Shown here: one piece after another, positions 56,142 through 63,528 of the stretch
How positions within the stretch are numbered: the first letter of the stretch is position 1
Layout: every line of letters starts with the position of its first letter
DNA from: an uncultured bacterium
GTDB lineage: Bacteria; Verrucomicrobiota; Kiritimatiellia; RFP12; UBA1067
Assembly: GCA_902763655.1 (NCBI GenBank)
Contig: CACWSW010000001.1
Span: 5,172 to 69,171, forward strand
Length of the DNA: 64,000 nt
Direction of reading: 5' to 3'
Position numbers and translations under genes: made by a program
The notes under the pieces: model-generated
The model's database searches: none
The model's input: the letters and a program-made list of their open reading frames with translations, nothing else
Told to the model about the DNA's origin: nothing

Positions 56142-56320
56142 TTCTTGCGCTCCTTCCTTGGCTTGTAGCGCTTGCGCATGTACCCGGCCATGTACGCGTT
56201 GTACATCATGCGTTTCCCCCATTCGCAGCTCGGCGCGTCCGGCGGGCGCATCTCGGCCCGATGGACGCACCAGCCGCGATCGAACTTCGGGCATCGCCCG
56301 CATGTCCGCTTCCGCTTCAC
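56138..56320 (-). CDS. small Cys-rich basic protein (zinc-ribbon-like)
   Basis: MKRKRTCGRCPKFDRGWCVHR... Its stop overlaps the downstream start (ATGA). Confidence 0.3.
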   Translation of the reverse strand: MKRKRTCGRCPKFDRGWCVHRAEMRPPDAPSCEWGKRMMYNAYMAGYMRKRYKPRKERKK

Positions 56321-57864
56321 GCCGCCTTCCTCCTTGGCACATTGAACAGACCGGCCTTACGATGCCGCTTGTGTTCCTTCTTAAGGAACGCCGCGATCCG
56401 ATCCGCGAACTCGCGCACTTCTTCGGGCGGTGTTGTATTGCCTTTGAGATAGCATTGGCTCACGCGCCAGTTCCTGCGGTCGATCTCGATGTCGCAGTAG
56501 CTCTTCCCTCCGAGGCCCAGCATCACGATCAGCCTGTCGCCCTCGACGATGCCGCGACCGTAGGTGCCGTTGCCGACGCAGTTGCCCATTCGCCGCCCCT
56601 CGGCGCGAAGTTCCTTCTGCGTCTTCGCCAGGACGAGCGTATAGCCGCAACCCCTGAGCGTCGCCGTGCGCTTCAGCGACTTCTGGAACGCCTCGATCTC
56701 CTCGAAGCGCACCTTCATCGTCTTTGCGATCCATTCCCTCTCGGCCTTTTCCTCCGCCTTGCGGCGCTTCTTCTCGGCCCGTTCGCGTATTTCCTCCAGC
56801 CGCGCACACTCGCGTTCCAGTTCCTCCAGGCGCGCCATGAACGCCTTACGGCCGCCGCGCGTCGGAGGGTAGAGGGTGCCGTCGTTCTTGAGGTCAAGCC
56901 CGGCGTCGAAGGCATGCTGGATGTAACGCCCGTACTCGTAGCCGTCCACATGCCATTTCTTCAGCAGCCCCGCGAGCCGTTCGTAGTCGAGTTTGAGCCT
57001 GACGCCTGTACGGTCGTTCCCGGGATATTTAAGATGCCAGCGCATGCTGTCCAGCTCGTGGGAAAGGTTGTGTACGACGATTTCGTAATGATGGCGCGCA
57101 TCTTCCAGCGTCGTGTCGTGACGCGCCGCCCAAAGGACGTACTTGATCGGCAGATGGCTGTGTTTCCGCAGCATCGCCATGTTGTCCTTCGCCCATTGGA
57201 ATATGCGTTTTTGCTTCAGCGCCTTCAGCCCGGCCGGGTTTATGAAGCAGTAAAGCCCGCACTTCGCCAGCAGCTCGACCTTCGGCTCCCGACGGTAGAG
57301 AGCAAGCCACTCCATCAGACCTGTGTTGCATGGCACGTCGTCGTCGTACTGGCAGTATTGGTACCGTGTTCCCTCCAACGCCTGTGGGTTCACGGTTTCG
57401 TCGAATGTGCGGTTGAATCCAGGGCGACCGTGCTTGAAGTCCATGTGGTAGGACCTGTCGTCAACCCGCCTCCCTATCCGGAACTTCTCGCCCGCGCGCG
57501 GCTTCCGCTTGCGGTAGTCGCTTTTCGCCCACCGGACCGTCCATCCGGCAATCCCGTAATAGGACATGTCGCGGTATTCCTGCCAGCCTGTTTCCGGACG
57601 CATCCACATGACTTCCTTGACGATCGGCACGTAGTTCACGTCCAGACGCACGGCCACGTTCACGATGCAGACCTCTTTCTTCGTCGGCTTGTCGTAACCT
57701 AACACCTCCGCAAGGCTCTTTTCCTTGCGTTCGCATGGCACGATGTAGTTGTACCTGATCGTCCGCCGGTTGAATTTCTTCATCCGGTCGATCCGCCGGT
57801 AGAATTCCCTGTACTGGCGGTCGAACTCCACGACCTCCGCATACTGTTCGTTGGTAAGCATCAT
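56317..57864 (-). CDS. PcfJ-like protein (tentative)
   Basis: 515 aa. The C-terminal region containing GRRMGNCVGNGTYG resembles PcfJ-family proteins, as I recall them from conjugative elements and phages. Confidence 0.35.
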   Translation of the reverse strand: MMLTNEQYAEVVEFDRQYREFYRRIDRMKKFNRRTIRYNYIVPCERKEKSLAEVLGYDKPTKKEVCIVNVAVRLDVNYVPIVKEVMWMRPETGWQEYRDMSYYGIAGWTVRWAKSDYRKRKPRAGEKFRIGRRVDDRSYHMDFKHGRPGFNRTFDETVNPQALEGTRYQYCQYDDDVPCNTGLMEWLALYRREPKVELLAKCGLYCFINPAGLKALKQKRIFQWAKDNMAMLRKHSHLPIKYVLWAARHDTTLEDARHHYEIVVHNLSHELDSMRWHLKYPGNDRTGVRLKLDYERLAGLLKKWHVDGYEYGRYIQHAFDAGLDLKNDGTLYPPTRGGRKAFMARLEELERECARLEEIRERAEKKRRKAEEKAEREWIAKTMKVRFEEIEAFQKSLKRTATLRGCGYTLVLAKTQKELRAEGRRMGNCVGNGTYGRGIVEGDRLIVMLGLGGKSYCDIEIDRRNWRVSQCYLKGNTTPPEEVREFADRIAAFLKKEHKRHRKAGLFNVPRRKAA

Positions 57865-58289
57865 TCCACCTCGCCTTTCTGATAAAGAGCATGTGCCGAT
57901 GCTTCTGGGTCTTGCTCATATTGCAGAATCACTCGCTCGCCGATAAACAACACATATCGGTTCTTCGGGAACTCGCCCAGCTCTTTGGCCCGCACCGGAA
58001 CATTCGCTCCGAGGAACAGATATACCGCGCCCTCGTCACGACCGGCAATGAAAGCCATCCTTGGCGAGAATCTTCCATATCCGTTCTGGAACTCTATGAC
58101 TGGTGTCTTGCCTTCGCACATACGCTTCTCCCAGTTCTCGATGCGCTTCTCCCAGTACGGCGTTGCCTCGCGGAACTCGACCTTCTTCATGCCGGAGTCG
58201 ATCATCCTGTACCAGTGGCTCTTCAGTCCAAGGTGCAGGACGGCGCACTCGCTTCGCTTCAGCCTTCTGTTCTGCGCCCCAGGTATCAT
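57861..58289 (-). CDS. ASCH-domain protein (tentative)
   Basis: GMKKVEFR fits the GxKxxExR ASCH signature. 142 aa. Confidence 0.4.
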   Translation of the reverse strand: MIPGAQNRRLKRSECAVLHLGLKSHWYRMIDSGMKKVEFREATPYWEKRIENWEKRMCEGKTPVIEFQNGYGRFSPRMAFIAGRDEGAVYLFLGANVPVRAKELGEFPKNRYVLFIGERVILQYEQDPEASAHALYQKGEVE

Positions 58290-58504
58290 ACCGCACCACC
58301 TTTCTCTTCGTTGTCTTCTTCTTCGTCCTCTTCGACATCTTCGTCACACTCGAGCACGTCGGCTATCCGCTCTAGCGCATCCGCCGCGCGCGAAATCGAA
58401 TGGATGACATGGAACAGCCATGCAATGCCGACACCGGCAACACAAACGACCGTAAACAGACCAAAGGCCGGGAACAGAAATTCTTTCAGGAACTGCATCA
58501 TCAT
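58286..58504 (-). CDS. small membrane protein with acidic tail
   Basis: 72 aa. One TM segment and a DEDVEEDEEEDNEE tail. Confidence 0.3.
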   Translation of the reverse strand: MMMQFLKEFLFPAFGLFTVVCVAGVGIAWLFHVIHSISRAADALERIADVLECDEDVEEDEEEDNEEKGGAV

Positions 58505-58785
58505 CCTTCCACCTCGCCTTCGTTCTGAGTTGCACTTGCGCCAGGGACAGTCCTCGGAGGTCTTAGGCTACCCGCACAGACTGTCCCCGGCGTAAGATTA
58601 TTTCCGCTATTGTCGGCGCCATGCCCCCTCCGCAAAAGCGTCCTGGCCCCATCGAGCCAGTTGTCGCAGTCGTCGATGAACTCCTTCATCTGGCCCTCGT
58701 CGCAGTTCTGCTTGATGATTTCGCGCAACGTCGCAATCATCGGCTGCGCCTTAAACACCAGGTCTATCGCTTTAACCGGCTTCAT
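58501..58785 (-). CDS. small hypothetical phage protein
   Basis: Start at MKPVKAIDLVF. ATGA overlaps on both sides. Confidence 0.3.
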   Translation of the reverse strand: MKPVKAIDLVFKAQPMIATLREIIKQNCDEGQMKEFIDDCDNWLDGARTLLRRGHGADNSGNNLTPGTVCAGSLRPPRTVPGASATQNEGEVEG

Positions 58786-59009
58786 GACTTCACCTCGCCT
58801 TCGCATATCCGCTGGAATATGTCTGAGAGCACAAGCCATTCCTTATCCCATTTGGCCGACGCATCTACGCAATTCATTACGCGCGCGAAATACATTCTCT
58901 TCAAGCCGTCAAGCAGATCATGGAAACAATTTTCGCTCAGCTCTCTTATGGGGATCTTCCCGGACAGAACATTGTCGATCAGTTCCTGTTTCTCTTTGTC
59001 GTCCATCAT
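58782..59009 (-). CDS. small hypothetical phage protein
   Basis: 75 aa (MMDDKEKQELIDNVLSGKIP...). Confidence 0.3.
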   Translation of the reverse strand: MMDDKEKQELIDNVLSGKIPIRELSENCFHDLLDGLKRMYFARVMNCVDASAKWDKEWLVLSDIFQRICEGEVKS

Positions 59010-59539
59010 TCCACCTCCCGCTCGTCCACCTCTGCGGCATACCAGTCCGCCGTGTGTGCGGCGATGATCTGCTGCGCGAAAGCCTTCATCGCCGCCCGGA
59101 ACTCGCTCTCGGAATACTCCTTGCCGACTCCCCACGGCCCCATGTGGAACATGATAGCAGCGATCTCCTCGCGCATCAGCTGGATTCCCAGTTCCGCCGC
59201 GATCGCAACGGAGCATGCCCCGTGCCCGTGATACTCCGGCTGCACATACTCCCACTTCTCTTCCTCGCCAGGCACGGCGCGGTAGCACCGACACTTCACG
59301 AGGTCGTGAAGCATCCCCACGAGATACGGCGATTCCTTGCGCGGCCAGTACACGCACAGCGCACCCGTGAGCGCGAGCAGCCGCCGAGTCACATTCACGC
59401 TGTGCCGCATCAGCCCACCGTGCTTCGCCAGGTGGTGTCCCTTGCTGGCCGGCTGCGAGAAATATCCCATTCCACGCATCGCTGTCGTGACCGGTGCGCC
59501 GATTCCCGCAAACGCAAGATAGGTTTCAGCGTCGCTCAT
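59006..59539 (-). CDS. HD-domain phosphohydrolase
   Basis: Start at MSDAETYLAF. H..H (KGHHLAKHGG) and HD (MLHDLVK) metal-binding motifs. Confidence 0.55.
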   Translation of the reverse strand: MSDAETYLAFAGIGAPVTTAMRGMGYFSQPASKGHHLAKHGGLMRHSVNVTRRLLALTGALCVYWPRKESPYLVGMLHDLVKCRCYRAVPGEEEKWEYVQPEYHGHGACSVAIAAELGIQLMREEIAAIMFHMGPWGVGKEYSESEFRAAMKAFAQQIIAAHTADWYAAEVDEREVE

Positions 59540-59680
59540 TTCTCCGTCCCTCCTTCCGACGACTTCTGATCTTGTTCGTCTTTGTCGTTCCATGGCCAGA
59601 AGGCCAAGAGAAGCATTGAGATAAACACGCCCGTCGCGATGTTTGCCGCAAGTATGTTATACCCATTTTCAAACATCCTT
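59537..59680 (-). CDS. small membrane peptide
   Basis: 45 aa, MFENGYNILAANIATGVFISMLLLAFWPW... Its stop overlaps the HD gene start. Confidence 0.25.
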
Positions 59681-60358
59681 CACCTCGCTTTCCTGTTCCG
59701 GCGTTTCCAGCATCTCGAAGAAGAAGCCCTGCTGCTGTTTCGGCTTCTTCGCCTTGGCCTTGGCTTTCGCCTTGGCCTGGCGCTCTTTCTCCTTCCTTAT
59801 CTCGGAAGGCGTCTCGGCCGTCTTCTTCGGCTTCGCCTTCTTCTCGGTCTTCGTCTTCGCTTGCCGCGCCGGAGCCTTTGCGGGCGCGTCCCAGTCCGCC
59901 GGCACGTCCTCGAACCAGTGCATCGCGATCGCGTACACCACGGCCGGGTCGATGTGGCCGCTCGATCCATGCAGCGCTTTCCTTGCCACGGCCTCTATGA
60001 ACTTCCAGCAGCCCTTGGCGTCCTTGCCCTCGGCCTTGCATCGGGCCTTCAGCTCGTCGGTCGCGTTCTTCCGGAAGTATGCCTCGACCGCTTTCACGGG
60101 ATCCGTCGGGTCGATGTCGCCAGCGTCCTTGATGAAACACTTCCAGGCTTCCTCCACCCAGTCGCGCTTCTTTGTTTCCGTTTCCGGCTTTTCCGTTTCC
60201 GAATCAGGCTTTTCCGTTCCCGAATCAGCCTTTCCCGTTTCCGAATCAGCCTTTCCCGTTTCCGTTTCGCCGGGCCTGTTCGCGGCCCGCTCCTTTTCCG
60301 AGAATCCTTCGGCCTCCAATGGCACACCGTCACCATCCAATTCTACCTTTTCGCTCAT
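59669..60358 (-). CDS. hypothetical phage protein with acidic repeat N-terminus and Lys/Ala-rich C-terminus
   Basis: 229 aa. ETGKADS tandem repeats encoded by three copies of a 21-bp DNA repeat (~60199-60262). Confidence 0.4.
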   Translation of the reverse strand: MSEKVELDGDGVPLEAEGFSEKERAANRPGETETGKADSETGKADSGTEKPDSETEKPETETKKRDWVEEAWKCFIKDAGDIDPTDPVKAVEAYFRKNATDELKARCKAEGKDAKGCWKFIEAVARKALHGSSGHIDPAVVYAIAMHWFEDVPADWDAPAKAPARQAKTKTEKKAKPKKTAETPSEIRKEKERQAKAKAKAKAKKPKQQQGFFFEMLETPEQESEVKDV

Positions 60359-60361
60359 ACC

Positions 60362-61471
60362 TCAGCCCTCCTTCCTGTAGGGCATGACGACCGCCACCCA
60401 CGGCAGCGCGCATGTCAGCTTAATCGGCTTCCCGTCGCCCTCGTCGAAATGGAGCGTGAAGTCGTCCTCGTCGATAGACTCCAACGCGTCCTTCATCAGG
60501 CGCGGATTCACGCGGAACTCGCCTTTCACGCCCTCGTCCATCTTGCATGCCGCCATGCTCGCGTTCGCCGCCGTGATGTCGTTCTTCGCCTCGAACACGG
60601 CGCTCGTGTTCTTCAGCGTGATCTTGACGCCGCTCGCCTCGTCGCTCGCGAGAGCGGCCCGGCCCATCGCTTCCAGGAACGCTCCGCGCTTCAGCTCCGC
60701 GCGGTGCTTCTGGTTCTTCGGCACGACCTGGCGCCAGTTCGGGTACTTGTCCGCCAGAACCTTCGCCGTCATTATCCACGTGTCCCCGACGATCTGCACG
60801 GCCGATCCGTCGAACACCACATCGACGTCGTTCTCCTCGTCCATGCGTTCCAGAAGCCCGTAGAGGATCGCGACCGTCTTTGTCGGCAGGGTGATGTTCA
60901 TTCCAGGCTGCGCCGCGTCCGCCACGTCTTCCTTCTCGACATGCGCAAGCCTCCGTCCGTCGGTCGCGGTCATTCCGAGCATGCCGTCCTTCAGGTCGAT
61001 GTTCACGCCTTCCAGGTTCTTCCGCGTCGTGTCCGTAGAGACGGCGAACTTCACCTTCCGCAGCATTTCGCGAAGGGTCATGCACGGAAGGCTCAGCTTC
61101 GCGCGCGCCTCGGCCTTCGGACCGGCCATCACCGGGAAGTCCATCGCATCGCCGGCCGCGAGCTTGAACTTCACGCCGTTTGCCTCTATGGCCAGCCTGT
61201 GGTTGGCCGATTCCATTTCCACCTTGCCCTCCGGCATCGCGCCGACGAACGACGCGAACGCCGTGCCGGGAACCGTCACCGTCCCCTTGTCGCGAATGTC
61301 GCCGTCCATGCGCCATTCGACCTGGACGTCGCCGTTCGAGCCTGTCACCGACAGGCTTCCGCTCGCGTCCAGCCTGATCTTGCTGAACGCGCTAAGGCCG
61401 TCTTTCGTGACAAGCCCCTTGACTGCTTGGGCCGCCTCCGCAAGTGCGGCCCTCGTTATCGTAGCTTTCAT
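60362..61471 (-). CDS. dnaN: DNA polymerase III beta sliding clamp (phage-encoded)
   Basis: 369 aa. Three-domain clamp pattern and typical N-terminus MKATITRAALAEAAQAVKGLV...IRLDASGSLSVTGSNGD. Confidence 0.8.
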   Translation of the reverse strand: MKATITRAALAEAAQAVKGLVTKDGLSAFSKIRLDASGSLSVTGSNGDVQVEWRMDGDIRDKGTVTVPGTAFASFVGAMPEGKVEMESANHRLAIEANGVKFKLAAGDAMDFPVMAGPKAEARAKLSLPCMTLREMLRKVKFAVSTDTTRKNLEGVNIDLKDGMLGMTATDGRRLAHVEKEDVADAAQPGMNITLPTKTVAILYGLLERMDEENDVDVVFDGSAVQIVGDTWIMTAKVLADKYPNWRQVVPKNQKHRAELKRGAFLEAMGRAALASDEASGVKITLKNTSAVFEAKNDITAANASMAACKMDEGVKGEFRVNPRLMKDALESIDEDDFTLHFDEGDGKPIKLTCALPWVAVVMPYRKEG

Positions 61472-61666
61472 CTATTGTTTCTCCGTTTGATTCGCCAGCT
61501 CCGTCTGGCGTCCGTCCTGGCGTTCCGCCAGAAGTCCTTTGCGTTCCAGCCGCTCGCGGATCGCAAGCCGCGTCTGCTGGTTTATCGTTCCCTCGGAATC
61601 GTCCGCGAGAGTCTTAAGCCCCGCGTACCATACCTCCGGCACCTTGACATGTATCACCGCGTCCAT
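61472..61666 (-). CDS. ribbon-helix-helix (Arc/CopG-type) DNA-binding protein
   Basis: 64 aa. Beta-strand IHVKVP, then helix / GT loop / helix (INQQTRLAIRERLER). AGGAAGGAAG RBS. Confidence 0.45.
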   Translation of the reverse strand: MDAVIHVKVPEVWYAGLKTLADDSEGTINQQTRLAIRERLERKGLLAERQDGRQTELANQTEKQ

Positions 61667-61679
61667 GATTCTTCCTTCC

Positions 61680-62072
61680 TCAAACCATCCCGCTCCTCGG
61701 CAACGGCGCGAAGCCGTCCTTCCGGAGCTGCGGGCCTCTGCGCCCGCTCCGCGCGTACGGCCCGTCCGGCGTCTTCTCCTCGAGCGCGGCGATCGTCTCG
61801 TCCGTCCACCACCTTTTCGCGTACGCCTCGCTAACCTTGTGCGCGACACGTTCCAGCCAGCCGTGGATGTCCTCGAAGCAATAGACGGTCTGCGTACGCT
61901 TCTCGTCGCTCTCCCAGTTTCCCTGCCGCGCGCGCACCCAGCCGCGCTTCCATACCGCCTTCAGCACGGCGACGTTTATGCCGAACTGGTCCTTGACCTG
62001 ATCCGGCGTCCCCCAGCGCATGTCGTAGGGCCTTTCGCGCTGGCCGAATATCTCGCTCGCCGTCTCGCTCAC
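61680..62072 (-). CDS. hypothetical early phage protein
   Basis: 130 aa ORF in the early leftward operon. Confidence 0.35.
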   Translation of the reverse strand: MSETASEIFGQRERPYDMRWGTPDQVKDQFGINVAVLKAVWKRGWVRARQGNWESDEKRTQTVYCFEDIHGWLERVAHKVSEAYAKRWWTDETIAALEEKTPDGPYARSGRRGPQLRKDGFAPLPRSGMV

Positions 62073-62452
62073 AGTAGCCTCCCTTGTTCCATCGGATCGG
62101 CCGCCCGCGCCGGTGCGACTGGCTGCATCGGCGCGGCGGGCTTCTGCACCGGCTCCGCCGGCTTGTCAGGAATCACCTGCTTCTCGGCCTTCCGCCAAAT
62201 CTCCCTCACGCGCTCGGGCACCTTCGGCGGGGTCGGCGCCTCGCCCCGCTCCTCCGCTTCCTTCGCGGACACCGCGAAGTCGTCGATCAGTTTCCACATC
62301 AGCGCGTCTCCGACATGAGGCGCCTGGAACGTCAGCCACTCGGTGACGGCCTTCCAGTAGTCCGGGAAGGGGAGGTCGCTGGCCTTCGTCACGTTCGGCC
62401 AGCACCTCCTCGCCGCCTTCGCGAGCGACGTCTTTACCTCGCCAGCCGTCAC
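62069..62452 (-). CDS. hypothetical early phage protein
   Basis: 127 aa. ATGA overlap with the neighbouring gene. Confidence 0.35.
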   Translation of the reverse strand: MTAGEVKTSLAKAARRCWPNVTKASDLPFPDYWKAVTEWLTFQAPHVGDALMWKLIDDFAVSAKEAEERGEAPTPPKVPERVREIWRKAEKQVIPDKPAEPVQKPAAPMQPVAPARAADPMEQGRLL

Positions 62453-62661
62453 GGCCTCGCCTCCGTGCCAACTTCTTCGAGGTCGTTGATCGCGCTCGAC
62501 TGCGGCGGCGTCGCGGCGAGATACAGCCAGAAGAGAACGACGCCGAAGATGGCCAGCAGGATCCCGCCGATCACCTCCAAGATCGCCTGACGCCTCAGCT
62601 TCCGGCGAAGCTCGCGCTCCTCCGGCCGCTCGGTTTCCCTGTACCAGTCTTCAAGATTCAT
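62449..62661 (-). CDS. small membrane protein (first gene of leftward early operon)
   Basis: 70 aa. One TM segment ILLAIFGVVLFWLYLAA. Confidence 0.35.
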   Translation of the reverse strand: MNLEDWYRETERPEERELRRKLRRQAILEVIGGILLAIFGVVLFWLYLAATPPQSSAINDLEEVGTEARP

Positions 62662-62681
62662 TCATGCCTCCCATCTTCGGA

Positions 62682-62764
62682 TGTGCGCACACCCAAGGTG
62701 TGCAAAAAAAATTAGGTGTTATCACGCAAGCGCGGACATGCCCGCCTTGCGGGATGTGCGCACA
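62682..62764. promoter_or_regulatory. early control region: two ATGTGCGCACACCC operators (62681-62694, 62754-62767) flanking a hairpin
   Basis: Core TGTGCGCACA is a perfect 10-bp palindrome. There are two copies here plus a third at 63173-63186, all with the identical 14-bp sequence ATGTGCGCACACCC. Confidence 0.5.
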
Positions 62765-62869
62765 CCCTACGGCCAGAAGAAATCGTGCGTATTCTGCGCA
62801 CGTATTCCTCCGGAGAAAAGCCGCGTTTTGCAGCCACGCGTTCGAGCTTGCTTCTGAATGATTCTTGAT

Positions 62870-63136
62870 TCATCCGTTCACCTCACTTTTCTTGACTATT
62901 TCCTCGACTACTTCTACCGCTTCCTTGTGCTCAGGCGTGACCTTCCCTTTGGAGTCGATGACGCCCATGCCCAAGGCAAGAGATTCGATGCCGCGCCAGA
63001 TGACGTCGGTCAAGGTCATGTTCTTCTGCTCGGCGATGTAAACCGCGATCGCTTTCTTGTGCGGTTCGACATAGACGCCGATGCGGACTTTGCCCTGTTT
63101 GTGTCTTCCTTTGCGAGTTGTTTTTTTCTGATTCAC
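62870..63136 (-). CDS. RHH-type (CopG/Arc-like) phage repressor
   Basis: GTG start with AGGAG RBS. KVRIGVYVEPHKKAIAVYIAEQKNMTLTDVIWRGIESL matches the beta-strand, helix, loop, helix RHH pattern. Operators lie on both sides. Confidence 0.5.
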   Translation of the reverse strand: MNQKKTTRKGRHKQGKVRIGVYVEPHKKAIAVYIAEQKNMTLTDVIWRGIESLALGMGVIDSKGKVTPEHKEAVEVVEEIVKKSEVNG

Positions 63137-63173
63137 GATTCTACTCCTGATGACGGCGTAAAGTATATCAAAA

Positions 63174-63183
63174 TGTGCGCACA
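63174..63183. promoter_or_regulatory. third TGTGCGCACA operator upstream of the repressor gene
   Basis: Identical 14-bp ATGTGCGCACACCC ~40 bp upstream of the repressor start. Suggests autoregulation. Confidence 0.45.
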
Positions 63184-63485
63184 CCCGTCAACCACAAATT
63201 TACACTTTTTTACACGCCCCAAAAATGCTATAATATGGGGCGTGACGGTGAAGCATATTCTCTGCGCCATGTCGATTGGCTTGATACTCTGGTCTGTACA
63301 CGACCAGAGCTACTACGTCGCCGTCGTGGGCTGCCTTTGTCTATTGGGGTCTGCGTTCTACAAGGGGTAAGTCATGGCTATAGCCCGCTGGTTTTTATGA
63401 TACGGAATATGATACAATGAAAGAAAACAATAAGCGAAATGAGCGAAAAACCCCCGAAAAACCACCCCCAGAACCCCGGGGCCTC

Positions 63486-63512
63486 GGTTCGATCCCAGTC
63501 AGTCGCACCAAT
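63486..63512. repeat. attR core: 27-bp direct repeat GGTTCGATCCCAGTCAGTCGCACCAAT
   Basis: Exact copy of 16957-16983. Only the tRNA 3' portion is present here, so this is not a second tRNA. Confidence 0.7.
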
Positions 63513-63528
63513 CAAGGAAGGTGGTGAC

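Larger units (their letters stand above)
16905..63512. mobile_element. integrated prophage (~46.6 kb) in tRNA-Arg(CCG)
   Basis: Phage gene content throughout the interval (integrase, terminase, portal, capsid, tail fibre, repressor). Bounded by the 27-bp direct repeat. dapF resumes after attR. Confidence 0.75.

Noticed and set aside
62673-62873. 53-aa minus-strand ORF (MNQESFRSKLERVAAKRGF...) spanning the operator region
   Set aside because: It covers both operator palindromes and the hairpin, is short, and has no support beyond being open. It is more likely non-coding control DNA.
62870-63184. Longer version of the repressor ORF starting 'MCAHF'
   Set aside because: That start codon is a GTG lying inside the palindromic operator and has no RBS. 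The internal GTG at 63136 has an AGGAG RBS and gives a sensible RHH protein.
63395-63512. Possibility that the right-end repeat block plus att fragment is a remnant of a second, degraded tandem prophage
   Set aside because: No additional att core or tRNA fragment is present to its left, and the prophage gene order is complete. A P-arm or arm-type site interpretation is simpler.
63486-63512. Second tRNA gene at the right end
   Set aside because: Only the 3' 25 nt of the tRNA are present. The upstream sequence cannot form D or anticodon arms. It is the attR duplication.
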